NCBI GenBank assembly: GCA_017513085.1
Contig: JAFWDK010000027.1
Location: 64,001-128,000 of the forward strand
DNA: 64,000 nucleotides
Direction of reading: 5' to 3'
Source: Clostridiales bacterium
Lineage (GTDB): Bacteria > Bacillota > Clostridia > Saccharofermentanales > Saccharofermentanaceae
Shown here: piece after piece, positions 39,341 through 48,429 of the stretch
Numbering within the stretch: position 1 is the stretch's first letter
How the letters are laid out: every line of letters starts with the position of its first letter
Notes under the pieces: generated by a model
What the model was told of the DNA's origin: nothing
The model's database searches: none
The model's input: only the letters and a program-made list of their open reading frames with translations
Position numbers and translations under genes: made by a program

Positions 39341-39395
39341 GGTTTATCCATATAAACCACACTTACAGTTTATCCGGGTAAACCAGTTCTGTCAA
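39341..39395 (-). promoter_or_regulatory. blaI-blaR promoter with two GTTTA-N6-TAAAC operator palindromes
   Basis: TTGACA(39395-39390)-17 bp-TAAACT(39372-39367); GGTTTATCCATATAAACC at 39341-39358 and AGTTTATCCGGGTAAACC at 39367-39384. Confidence 0.75.
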
Positions 39396-39446
39396 TACAT
39401 ATTTTTTTGAATCGCTAACCTTCTCAGGTGCAATGGAAAGAGTTCC

Positions 39447-40877
39447 TTACAGATCGTAGTACATGGCAAATTCCATCGGGTGTGGAAGCTTGTTGATCTT
39501 CGCCGCCGCTTTCTTATTTCTATCGATCAGCTGCTCAAGAAGTTTTTCCGGGAAAACACCGCCTGCCGTCAGGTAGTCGTGATCCGCTTCCAGCGCTGCG
39601 GTAGCTTCCTCCAAGGAAGTCGGAAGACCGGTCAGCTTGGCCTTTTCCTCCTCCGGAAGTGTATAAAGATTGCAGTCAAAAGGCCCCCATCCTTTCTCGT
39701 GCGGATCGATCTTGTTCTTGATGCCGTCCAATCCTGCCATCAGGATCGCCGCATAGGCATAGTACGGGTTACAGGTAGCATCCGGATTACGGAGCTCGAA
39801 GCGCTTCGTCTCCGGGGTCTTCGCGTACGCCGGAATACGGATAACGGCACTTCTGTTACTCATGGCGTATCCGATCGTTACCGGTGCTTCAAATCCGGGG
39901 ATAAGGCGCTTATAGGAATTTGTCGACGGATTGGTGATCGCACAAAGTGAACGTGCGTGTGTCAGAAGGCCACCCATAAACCAGTGTGCCGTCTCGTTAA
40001 GCTGTGCATAGCTCTCTTCGTCATAGAAGACAGGCTCGCCGTCTTTCATAAGCAGCATATGCACATGCATACCGCTTCCTGCTTCTTCCGCCAATGGCTT
40101 CGGCATAAATGTTGCCGTCGCGCCATCTCTTGCCGCTTCATTCTTAATCACATACTTCGCAGACATCGTGTCATCTGCAAGTTTAAGCATATCGCCCAGT
40201 TCCACTTCGATCTCCATCTGACCGGAACCACCCACTTCCGGGTGATGGTACTTGACCTTTATGCCCCAATCTTCCATACTCAAACACATTCTGGAACGAA
40301 GATCATTTCTGATATCTGTCGGAAGACTGTTGTGGTAGCCGGCTCCCGGCATGACCTGATAACCATTATTGCCCATATCATCCGCCGAAGCATAGTGCGC
40401 CTGAGACGTATAGATACTGGCGGACATATCATAGTATTTCGTCGAATACCGCACATCGTCAAAAACATAGAACTCATACTCCGGTCCGATGATCATCTGA
40501 TCTGCCACGCCCGTTTCTTTCATGTACTCCAGCGCACGGATCGCCACATTTCTCGGATACTGGTCAAAAGGCTTGTTCTGCGGGAACGCGATCACCCGGA
40601 CATCACCGATCATCGACAAAGTCGGCACTTCGCAATATGGATCGATCACCGCGGAATCCAAAACCGGAAGGAATACCATATCACTGTTCTCGACCGGTGC
40701 ATATCCGTAATTGCTTCCATCAAATCCTATGCCCTGCAGCATAGTAGATCTGCTCAGTTTCTCGGCCGGTATAGACAAATGCCTCCAACGTCCGTCAATG
40801 TCCGTCAGCTTAAAGTCGATCATTTTGATCCCCTTCTCACTGATCAAATCCAAAATCTCTTGAAATGTCTTTGCCAT
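39447..40877 (-). CDS. glnA: glutamine synthetase type I
   Basis: FDGS, GPEYEF, HHPEV, FMPKP..GSGMH, NSYKRL.PGFEAP, NRSA, ELR.PD. Confidence 0.95.
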   Translation of the reverse strand: MAKTFQEILDLISEKGIKMIDFKLTDIDGRWRHLSIPAEKLSRSTMLQGIGFDGSNYGYAPVENSDMVFLPVLDSAVIDPYCEVPTLSMIGDVRVIAFPQNKPFDQYPRNVAIRALEYMKETGVADQMIIGPEYEFYVFDDVRYSTKYYDMSASIYTSQAHYASADDMGNNGYQVMPGAGYHNSLPTDIRNDLRSRMCLSMEDWGIKVKYHHPEVGGSGQMEIEVELGDMLKLADDTMSAKYVIKNEAARDGATATFMPKPLAEEAGSGMHVHMLLMKDGEPVFYDEESYAQLNETAHWFMGGLLTHARSLCAITNPSTNSYKRLIPGFEAPVTIGYAMSNRSAVIRIPAYAKTPETKRFELRNPDATCNPYYAYAAILMAGLDGIKNKIDPHEKGWGPFDCNLYTLPEEEKAKLTGLPTSLEEATAALEADHDYLTAGGVFPEKLLEQLIDRNKKAAAKINKLPHPMEFAMYYDL

Positions 40878-40909
40878 ACCCGTTCCTCCTGACTAATCGG
40901 ATGTATTTT

Positions 40910-42091
40910 TTACGCGCCCAGAAGATTCTGGTCAAACGCGAAAAGCGCTTCATTAATCGTGTACAGATCGTACTGCTTATTGGAAATAAAATACTCTACA
41001 ATTATATCAAATTTACTTGCATGAGAGAGCGCAAATCCCGCTTTCTTCAGCAACGCTTCCGTCTCCGCAACATCCAGTTCCAGTGCCACGGCAAACGCCA
41101 GCACCGTCTGCTTGCTGGGGCGATAATGGACATCGCTTCTGATCTTGGAAAAGAGCTTCCTGTCCACATTCGCTTTCTTGTAACATTCGGAATCTTTCAT
41201 GCCCTTCGCATCGATCAGACGAAGAAGAGACTGGGAGAAACTCTCGTCCAGATTTGCCAATGCCGCTTCCAGAGATGTCGGTTGCATCTGCATCATGGAT
41301 GCCGCAAATGCCGGCTGGGAAGTCATACACTCTGCGGATTGACCGGCAAGGAAATTTCTGACATGTACTTCCTCAGCAGCGGCTTCGTCACAGAGTTCTT
41401 CTATCTCCGTTTCGCAGGCTCGACTTTCGGCCGGAGCATCCGCTTTACCTCTTGTCTTCTCTTTCGCTTTTCTTTCCGTGAAAACCGAATCCCGGCTTCC
41501 GGCGGCGCCGCCAAAAGCAATCGACTTCATTACATTTCCAAGGAAAGAACCACGTTTTTCATCGGTTTCATATGTATTTCTCAACAAGTGGGAGAGCTTC
41601 GAACATAGATCCATGTCCATTCGGAAACTGTCTTTACTGAAGATCACCAACGTAATCTCCATCTCATGATCATCCAGAAAATGGCGGATCTCTTCTTCCG
41701 CGATCTTGAGCGCCGATTCTTTCGGATAACCGTATACACCCGCAGAGATCAGAGGGAATGCAACACTTTCACATTCTTTTTCCGCTGCCCGTGCAAGAGA
41801 ATTCCGATAGGCTAAACGAAGGAGGTTTTCTTCACCGGAACGTCCTCCCTGCCAGATCGGACCTACCGTGTGAATCACATATTTGCAAGGGAGATCATAG
41901 CCAAGAGTGACCTTTGCTTCGCCTGTCCGGCAACCGTTTAAACCACGGCACTCTTCCAGAAGACGCGGCCCGGCGGCACGATGGATCGCGCCATCAACAC
42001 CGCCACCGCCAAGAAGCGACGAATTAGCAGCATTTACGATAGCATCCACGTTCTGTTTTGTGATATCACCCAAAACTATCCGAAAAGGCAT
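40910..42091 (-). CDS. macrodomain (O-acetyl-ADP-ribose deacetylase-like) fused to a C-terminal XRE-like helical domain
   Basis: [31 protein letters not shown]; C-terminal [24 protein letters not shown]. Confidence 0.88.
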   Translation of the reverse strand: MPFRIVLGDITKQNVDAIVNAANSSLLGGGGVDGAIHRAAGPRLLEECRGLNGCRTGEAKVTLGYDLPCKYVIHTVGPIWQGGRSGEENLLRLAYRNSLARAAEKECESVAFPLISAGVYGYPKESALKIAEEEIRHFLDDHEMEITLVIFSKDSFRMDMDLCSKLSHLLRNTYETDEKRGSFLGNVMKSIAFGGAAGSRDSVFTERKAKEKTRGKADAPAESRACETEIEELCDEAAAEEVHVRNFLAGQSAECMTSQPAFAASMMQMQPTSLEAALANLDESFSQSLLRLIDAKGMKDSECYKKANVDRKLFSKIRSDVHYRPSKQTVLAFAVALELDVAETEALLKKAGFALSHASKFDIIVEYFISNKQYDLYTINEALFAFDQNLLGA

Positions 42092-42215
42092 GACGTCTTT
42101 GTCCTCCCTCTCAATCTATCTTCTTCATTATACACTAAAGAAAGGCTTCCCGCCTCCAGGATCCGATATGGATCCAAGGCACGGAAAGCCCTCCTGGTTT
42201 CTATTCTTTTTCCGG

Positions 42216-42494
42216 TCACTGATCGCGTGAACGCTCCACCAGTCCCTTACCGGTCGGAACTGTCGGATAGTCAGGTTTCTTCGGCTTGTGACTGATAATA
42301 TACAAATTCTCATCTTTAAGCTTCATCGCATTATCTTTGTCTGTCATAACCACCCCACCGGTATACAGGCTGGCGGAACCGACAGAGTCGCCTATGTTAT
42401 TATTCTTATTCAGGATCGTAGCTGCGATGAAGAACGCCAGTCCGAATCCAAGTCCTGCTCCGAAAAGCGCAGCCAAAAAGTTTATAAAAGCCAC
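42216..42494 (-). CDS. small single-TM hypothetical protein (paralog of 43771-44067)
   Basis: GTG start after CAGGAG; GAGLGFGLAFFIAA TM; NN(I/V)GDS..LY..V.(M/V)TDK shared with the paralog. Confidence 0.7.
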   Translation of the reverse strand: MAFINFLAALFGAGLGFGLAFFIAATILNKNNNIGDSVGSASLYTGGVVMTDKDNAMKLKDENLYIISHKPKKPDYPTVPTGKGLVERSRDQ

Positions 42495-42498
42495 AATA

Positions 42499-43737
42499 TC
42501 ACTCCTGTCTCTTCTTTACGAAGTTAAATGTCTTTGCAGACTGTGTCAGCCGGATCTGCGTGAGCACTTTCTTCATTTTGGTCACTCCTGCAGAAATCAG
42601 TGCGACGATACCTGCCCCGATCGCAACGACTATCTTTCCTCTTGAATCACTGCTGGAACTGCTGCTTCTCTTCTTGACGCCCACGTCAAACATGGCATAG
42701 AAAAAGCCTTTAAAAAGATAGAATGCAAGTATCGTCAAAATGACCCCGAGTATGACCGTAAGCGTCCAGAAAAGTGCTTTTCGCCATGGAAGACCGCATA
42801 CGACCTTTCCGGTCTGTCCGTTCACGAGAATTGTGTTATGCTTTCCTTCATAGGTAAAAGTCACAAACCATACCGGAAACATTGCATAGGAGTAGTCATT
42901 GGTAATCGACGTCTGATGCGACTCCGCAATGATTTGCTGCGATGATCCGCTGACATCATGCTTTGCCTCGGTCTCAAAGATCTCTTTCGCTCGGTTTTCG
43001 GTCACTTCATGCAATTCGTCATAATCGATATCCGACGCATTGGAATAAAAACCGAGAAGATAATCCTCATCAAAAACCTTGAGGCCATGTACGTTAAAAG
43101 GTTCCAGGCGTGCAGAACTTTCATTGGAGAGAAGGCTGCATCCATCTACCGGGAAGTTTTTAATGTCCGTATACCCTGTCCGCCCCCAATATTTCGTAGA
43201 GGAATACTTTCCTTGCTTGACTCTGCTTCTCACGACACAGGTTTCTTCATACTTCGCATTGACGATCCAGTACGGAAGATAGATCCCGCGAACATCTTCC
43301 GCCTTAAAATTCTTAATTTCCTTCGGCACAAAAAGCGAATGGGAGATCCGCTCATGGATCAGTCGCAAAGCATCATCTCTTGTGACGCAAAAAGGAATAA
43401 TAAAGTGCGGGGTCTTTTCCTGTGCCACGCGGGAAAACACAACAGTCGGATTTCCGCAATATACGCACTTTGTCGAGACTTCCGATCCGTGGATCACGAT
43501 TTCTCCGCCGCACTCACTACAGGTATAGACATAGCACTCGAGGAACTCTTCCTGGATCTCTTTCTCTTCTCCATAAACTTCCTCGCGCGTCATCACGCGC
43601 TCATTCTCACGATATTTTTTCTCTTCGGATTCCACCTCTTCTGCCGCCCACATTCCACCGCAAAGCATGCAGTGCATCTTTTTGACTGCAGGATCATAAA
43701 TCAAAGCGTGTCCGCAATTCTTACATAATGTTGCCAT
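42499..43737 (-). CDS. TFIIB-type Zn-ribbon membrane protein (YdjG-like)
   Basis: four CxxC pairs, IIPF, GIYLPYW, LEPF, YLLGF, NGQTGK, C-terminal TMs. Confidence 0.8.
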   Translation of the reverse strand: MATLCKNCGHALIYDPAVKKMHCMLCGGMWAAEEVESEEKKYRENERVMTREEVYGEEKEIQEEFLECYVYTCSECGGEIVIHGSEVSTKCVYCGNPTVVFSRVAQEKTPHFIIPFCVTRDDALRLIHERISHSLFVPKEIKNFKAEDVRGIYLPYWIVNAKYEETCVVRSRVKQGKYSSTKYWGRTGYTDIKNFPVDGCSLLSNESSARLEPFNVHGLKVFDEDYLLGFYSNASDIDYDELHEVTENRAKEIFETEAKHDVSGSSQQIIAESHQTSITNDYSYAMFPVWFVTFTYEGKHNTILVNGQTGKVVCGLPWRKALFWTLTVILGVILTILAFYLFKGFFYAMFDVGVKKRSSSSSSDSRGKIVVAIGAGIVALISAGVTKMKKVLTQIRLTQSAKTFNFVKKRQE

Positions 43738-43770
43738 TCTCTACTCCTCTTGGTTTAATCTGAAAATATA

Positions 43771-44067
43771 TTACTTGATCTGTCCCGTCCGCTTCACCTG
43801 TTCTTTAGAATTCGGCGCTGTCGGATACTTAGGAGCCTCCGGCTCCACTCTTTGGATATATTCTTTCAACTTCGGATGAAGAGCATCTTGAAGTTTTTCT
43901 TTATCTGTGACCATCACATCGTTGGAATATAAGTATGTTTCTCCATGACTGTCACCAACATTATTTCTTTTCTCCAAAATGGAAGCAGCAATCCAGAATG
44001 CAATGCCGATTCCGACTCCGGCTCCCATAATTATAGATAATACATCTTGTGCCGTCATAATTCTCAC
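43771..44067 (-). CDS. small single-TM hypothetical protein (paralog of 42216-42494)
   Basis: GTGA overlap with the upstream stop; GAGVGIGIAFWIAA TM; P.YPT tail. Confidence 0.7.
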   Translation of the reverse strand: MRIMTAQDVLSIIMGAGVGIGIAFWIAASILEKRNNVGDSHGETYLYSNDVMVTDKEKLQDALHPKLKEYIQRVEPEAPKYPTAPNSKEQVKRTGQIK

Positions 44068-45290
44068 CCCTGTCTCTTTTTCACAAAGTGAAACATCTTG
44101 TCTGACTGCGTCAACTGCAGAAGTTTCTTTACTTTTGCCATCTTGATCGATGCCACAGTGGCAAAGAGCATACCGAATAAGGACCCAAAGCCAAGTATAA
44201 ACTGTCCCGTGATCGAAGATGCAGAATCTTTACCGGTTTCCGGCGCTCCCAGTGCGGAGACAATGCCTCGCAGAAGCAAAGTCAGCACCACGCCCAACAC
44301 GATTCCGGAAATGATCGTGATCCACTTGAATGCCTTTTTATTCCAAGGAACCGCACCAACGATTTTACCGGTCTGTCCGTTGATCAGAATGGTATTCGGT
44401 TTGCCCTCACACCGATACGTGATGAACCACACAGGAAACATGGCGTATTTATAGTCATTCAGGATCGCCGTCTGGTGTGATTCTGCACAGATACGCTCCG
44501 CATTCTTTCCGAATTCCTTCTTGATCGTGCTTTCGTAGATCTCCTTCGCACGTCTCTCCGTAGCCAGATACATCTCTTCATATGTGATGTCTGATGAATT
44601 CGAATAGAAACCCAAAAGATAATCCTCATCAAATTTTCTCATAGCACTAAGATCAAAGGGTTCCAGGCAGGTAGAGCTCTCATCGGAAAGCATCCTACAC
44701 CCGTCCAGCGGAAAATTCTTGATCGTCATATAACCTTTCCGTCCATGATACGTGTACTTTGACACAGCGCTTCCACCTCTGACCTGCACCACGGCAGCTT
44801 CCTCATGGTTGGCATTCACGACCCAGTATGGAAGATATATGCCCTTGATGTCGTTGACGTTCAGAGCTTTTAATTCCTTCGGCAAAAGCACTGACTTCGA
44901 TATCATCTGTTGCACGTATCGGAGTGCCTGCTCTCGGGTTACCGAGAAAGGAATGATATAGTCCGGGGTCATTTCTTTTGCCACACGGGAGAATACCACA
45001 TTCGGATTTCCGCAGTAGATACATGTCGTGGAGACTTCTGTTCCGTGGATGGAGATCTCACCGCCACACTCACTACAGGTGTACACATAGCTCTCGAGAA
45101 ACTCCTCGTACGTCTCATCATCACCAAAGACTTCATCTCTTGTCAGGACACGCTCGTTCTCACGGTATTTCTTCGAATCCGACTCCACGTCCTCCGCAGC
45201 AAACTGACTCCCGCAATACGCACAATACAGTTTTCCCAAAGCCGGCTCGAACACCAAGGCATGATTACAGTTCTTACATAGCGTTGCCAT
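44064..45290 (-). CDS. TFIIB-type Zn-ribbon membrane protein (YdjG-like), paralog of 42499-43737
   Basis: same motif set; MATLCKNC start and LTQS..F.FVKKRQ end in both copies. Confidence 0.8.
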   Translation of the reverse strand: MATLCKNCNHALVFEPALGKLYCAYCGSQFAAEDVESDSKKYRENERVLTRDEVFGDDETYEEFLESYVYTCSECGGEISIHGTEVSTTCIYCGNPNVVFSRVAKEMTPDYIIPFSVTREQALRYVQQMISKSVLLPKELKALNVNDIKGIYLPYWVVNANHEEAAVVQVRGGSAVSKYTYHGRKGYMTIKNFPLDGCRMLSDESSTCLEPFDLSAMRKFDEDYLLGFYSNSSDITYEEMYLATERRAKEIYESTIKKEFGKNAERICAESHQTAILNDYKYAMFPVWFITYRCEGKPNTILINGQTGKIVGAVPWNKKAFKWITIISGIVLGVVLTLLLRGIVSALGAPETGKDSASSITGQFILGFGSLFGMLFATVASIKMAKVKKLLQLTQSDKMFHFVKKRQG

Positions 45291-45452
45291 TTCTTTCACT
45301 CCCTTCGGAAATCATAAGCAAACTTTTCTGGTAACAAAAATATTATATAGTATTGCGGTTCTGAATCGAGAGATAATCTTCTGAAATACATTGCTATATT
45401 TGCAGAGCGGAAGGACAAAAGAAATCCGTATTTGCAAGGTCATCTGCAAAAC

Positions 45453-45492
45453 AAAAAAGAGACCATCTTCACTTCCATGAGATGGTCTCTTT
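45453..45492 (-). terminator. terminator after paaK
   Basis: AAAGAGACCATCT...AGATGGTCTCTTT with a T-run on the minus strand. Confidence 0.75.
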
Positions 45493-45514
45493 CCGATTTC
45501 TCAATCAATATAGC

Positions 45515-46837
45515 TTATTTTGTGAAACGCTCGTCAATGACTCTCTTCATCTTTCCTTCGGATCTCGGCAAAGATCTCGGCTCACAAAGCTTGATCTTTG
45601 CATGGATACCGGTAATGGAAGCGATCTCTCCTTCGAGCATCTTTTCTGTGTTCTCGATCTCTCTCATAGAGTCAGAGAAGAAAGACGATGTCATCTCAAC
45701 CTTAACGACCATTCTGTCAAGGTTGTGTATACGATCGAGATAGATCATATAGTGCGGTTCCACTTCGCTATGCGCAAGAAGAACGGCCTCGATCTGAGAC
45801 GGGAACACATTGACGCCACGGATGATCATCATGTCGTCAGCACGACCGGTAACCTTTTCGATCTTCGGTGTGGTACGTCCACATTCGCACTTACCATGAT
45901 AAAGACGTGTCAGGTCATGTGTGTTATATCTGAGAAGCGGTACACCTTCCTTGGAAACGGAAGAGAATACAAGCTCACCGAGCTGGCCATCCGGCAGAGG
46001 CTCGCCTGTCTGAGGATCCACGATTTCCGGGATGAAGTGGTCTGCTTCAATATGAATCAGATCAGATTTATCGCAAGAGCAGCCTACTCCAGGTCCGCAG
46101 ATCTCTGTCAGTCCATAGATATCAAAAGCACGCAATCCCAGTTTTTCTTCAATCTGGTCACGCATTTCCAACGTCCATGCTTCAGCACCGAAGATACCGC
46201 AACGAAGATTCAGTTCGGATTTATCAACACCGGCCGCCTCAAGCTGGTCAGCGATATGAAGCGCATATGTCGGTGTGCACATCAGGACTTCCGGCTTCCA
46301 CTCCCGAAGGATCTGGATCTGACGTGCAGTATTACCACCGGAAACCGGAATCGCCGTCGCTCCGAGTTTCGCACATGCGAAGTGTGGGCCAAGGCCACCG
46401 GTGAAGAGACCGTAGCCGTACGCAATATGCACCATGTCACCCTTCTGCACGCCGGATCTCGCCATTGAACGGCACAGTACCGAATTCCAAAGTTCAACAT
46501 CGTTCGCCGTATATCCGACAACCTTCATGCGTCCGGTCGTACCGGAAGAAGCATGCACACGTACAAGCTGGTCTCTCGGGACCGCCAACGTGCCGAACGG
46601 ATAGTTATCACGGAAATCGAACTTATCACAGAACGGGAGTTTCGGAAGATCCGCCACGCTCTTAATATCTCCAGGCTCAATGCCCTTCTCCTGCATGCGC
46701 TTTCTGTAGTACGGAACATGCTCATACATGCGGTTTACACAATTGATCAGCCGCTCACTTTGTACCTTTGCGCGCTCGTCATCTGACATGCACTCGGCTT
46801 TCGGATCATAGATCCATGTGTTCACTTCTTTTCTCAT
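45515..46837 (-). CDS. paaK: phenylacetate--CoA ligase
   Basis: HASSGTTG, YGYGLFTGG, CTPTYA, GAEAW, DIYGLTE, GRADDM.IIRGVNVFPSQIE, PRSEGK. Confidence 0.9.
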   Translation of the reverse strand: MRKEVNTWIYDPKAECMSDDERAKVQSERLINCVNRMYEHVPYYRKRMQEKGIEPGDIKSVADLPKLPFCDKFDFRDNYPFGTLAVPRDQLVRVHASSGTTGRMKVVGYTANDVELWNSVLCRSMARSGVQKGDMVHIAYGYGLFTGGLGPHFACAKLGATAIPVSGGNTARQIQILREWKPEVLMCTPTYALHIADQLEAAGVDKSELNLRCGIFGAEAWTLEMRDQIEEKLGLRAFDIYGLTEICGPGVGCSCDKSDLIHIEADHFIPEIVDPQTGEPLPDGQLGELVFSSVSKEGVPLLRYNTHDLTRLYHGKCECGRTTPKIEKVTGRADDMMIIRGVNVFPSQIEAVLLAHSEVEPHYMIYLDRIHNLDRMVVKVEMTSSFFSDSMREIENTEKMLEGEIASITGIHAKIKLCEPRSLPRSEGKMKRVIDERFTK

Positions 46838-46871
46838 CTTTATTACCTGCCTTTCGATTCCTGGCGGCAAC

Positions 46872-47181
46872 AAAAAGTCCCATTGCCGTCGATTCACCAG
46901 CAATGGGACGAAATATCATATCTCGCGGTACCACCCATTTTCGAGCCTTTTACAGAAAAAGCACTCGCTCTCGTCAAGGCCATTCAGCCTCTGCCCTAAG
47001 TAACGGTGGGCTCTCCGTATCCGCCTACCTTCGTCAGCTCCGAATAACTCGAATACCCGCTTTCAGCAGATCTGCTCGGGAGGGAACTTCGACTGATCTT
47101 CTTTCGTATGCAGGCTCTCAATTCTTCCGCCCGCACGCCCTGTACGACTCCTGATCGCTACTTTTCTCCGTCAGCGCATTT
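46872..47181 (-). promoter_or_regulatory. T-box riboswitch leader (probable Phe specifier UUC) with intrinsic terminator
   Basis: T-box AAATGGGTGGTACCGCG at 46940-46924; stem I GGAG/CTCC with AGTAG and GAAG-TTC-C; CCGTTA motif; terminator GTCCCATTGC/GCAATGGGAC + T5. Confidence 0.88.
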
Positions 47182-47193
47182 AAAGATAAGTCG

Positions 47194-47222
47194 ATTATGC
47201 GGCGAAACCAGTCTGATGTCAA
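47194..47222 (-). promoter_or_regulatory. sigmaA promoter of the T-box leader
   Basis: TTGACA-17 bp-CATAAT. Confidence 0.75.
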
Positions 47223-47235
47223 GTTCTTTGGAAAG

Positions 47236-47262
47236 AAAAACGGTCCGAAATCATTCGGACCG
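47236..47262 (-). terminator. terminator of the padR operon
   Basis: CGGTCCGAA...TTCGGACCG followed by T5 on the minus strand. Confidence 0.7.
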
Positions 47263-47296
47263 CCTTCCCTTTTTCCTTCTTTTTCACCCTTTGGTG

Positions 47297-47602
47297 TCAG
47301 TCTTTGGCTATTTCATCGTCATCATCCCGATAATCCACATGGATACCGAGGACTTTAACATCTGTACCCTTGTCATCAACAATGATATGAATACCGGGCA
47401 GATCGATCTTGACGCCCTTATCCTTGCTGATGTCGATGCCGTCACAGCTTCCGATGATATCCGAGTCACCGGAAGTAATACAATCAGTGATCTTCTTGGC
47501 TCCGCTTCCGAGGAATATTGCGCCACTTACGAAGAAGAGGATCACGGAGAGCACGAAGCTTGCAATCATGATACATAAAAACACTACTGCTGGTTTCTTC
47601 AT
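47297..47602 (-). CDS. small membrane-anchored hypothetical protein
   Basis: AAGGAGG RBS, N-terminal TM, beta-rich C-terminus. Confidence 0.7.
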   Translation of the reverse strand: MKKPAVVFLCIMIASFVLSVILFFVSGAIFLGSGAKKITDCITSGDSDIIGSCDGIDISKDKGVKIDLPGIHIIVDDKGTDVKVLGIHVDYRDDDDEIAKD

Positions 47603-47616
47603 ACTTATCTACCTCC

Positions 47617-48429
47617 TTACTCTTTCTTCCAGGTCTTGCCCATAAAGCGGATATAGGCGATCGTGCCACGGATGAACCCGACGATTGCGAAACCGGAAAG
47701 GATCGCAAGAGAAACAGTCAGGAATCCAAGCGCGATGGCAAAGAAGATCTTCGCTACCAGGAATCCACCTGTTACGGACGGGGCTACAAACAGCGCGCCG
47801 GTCAACAGTCCGGCAAGTGCCGTAATTCCGAGAAGAGCAATGAGAAGCGCAAGCGCCAGGAGCCATACCCAGAATGCCACGAAGATCGTGAACAGGATGA
47901 TAAATGCTTTGTCATGTTTGTTTTCCTGCGGTTTCGCATGGCTCGGATCATGCGACGGATACTGTGTATAGTCCGGAAGATCGAACTGCTTCTTTCCCTG
48001 TGTCGGTCTCGGTTCGGAAAGATCCGGAGCGCGTCCGCCCTGATGAGCCCGCTCGCCGGCAGGTTCCGGCTTCGGTGCCGCATTCTTCGGCGGGATCGCA
48101 TATGTCGGATGACAGAAACCCTGGATCGTCTGCGCAGTTACACCGCGATTCGGACGGCCTAGCCATGTCTGGATCGGAACGATCGGATAAGCGCCGGCAG
48201 CAACTGTCTGCGTGCCCGACACATCAAATTCCGGAACTCCGTCACCTAAGTAGAACTGAGCGACTTCCATCGGGCTTCCGAGCTTGGCAGAAATTTCGCT
48301 TTCGCTCTTTCCCTCTGAAACACCAATATCAAAATGCATCTCGAATTCTTTCAAGATCTCTTCCACGTCTTTGGAAGGAAGCGTAACTAACTGTTCACGC
48401 AGAGAAGCAATATATTCACGTTTATTCAT
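47617..48429 (-). CDS. DUF1700 (HAAS-like) membrane protein
   Basis: EYIASLREQL..HFDIGVSEGKSESEISAKLGSP, Pro-rich insert, C-terminal TMs; ATGA overlap with padR. Confidence 0.8.
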   Translation of the reverse strand: MNKREYIASLREQLVTLPSKDVEEILKEFEMHFDIGVSEGKSESEISAKLGSPMEVAQFYLGDGVPEFDVSGTQTVAAGAYPIVPIQTWLGRPNRGVTAQTIQGFCHPTYAIPPKNAAPKPEPAGERAHQGGRAPDLSEPRPTQGKKQFDLPDYTQYPSHDPSHAKPQENKHDKAFIILFTIFVAFWVWLLALALLIALLGITALAGLLTGALFVAPSVTGGFLVAKIFFAIALGFLTVSLAILSGFAIVGFIRGTIAYIRFMGKTWKKE

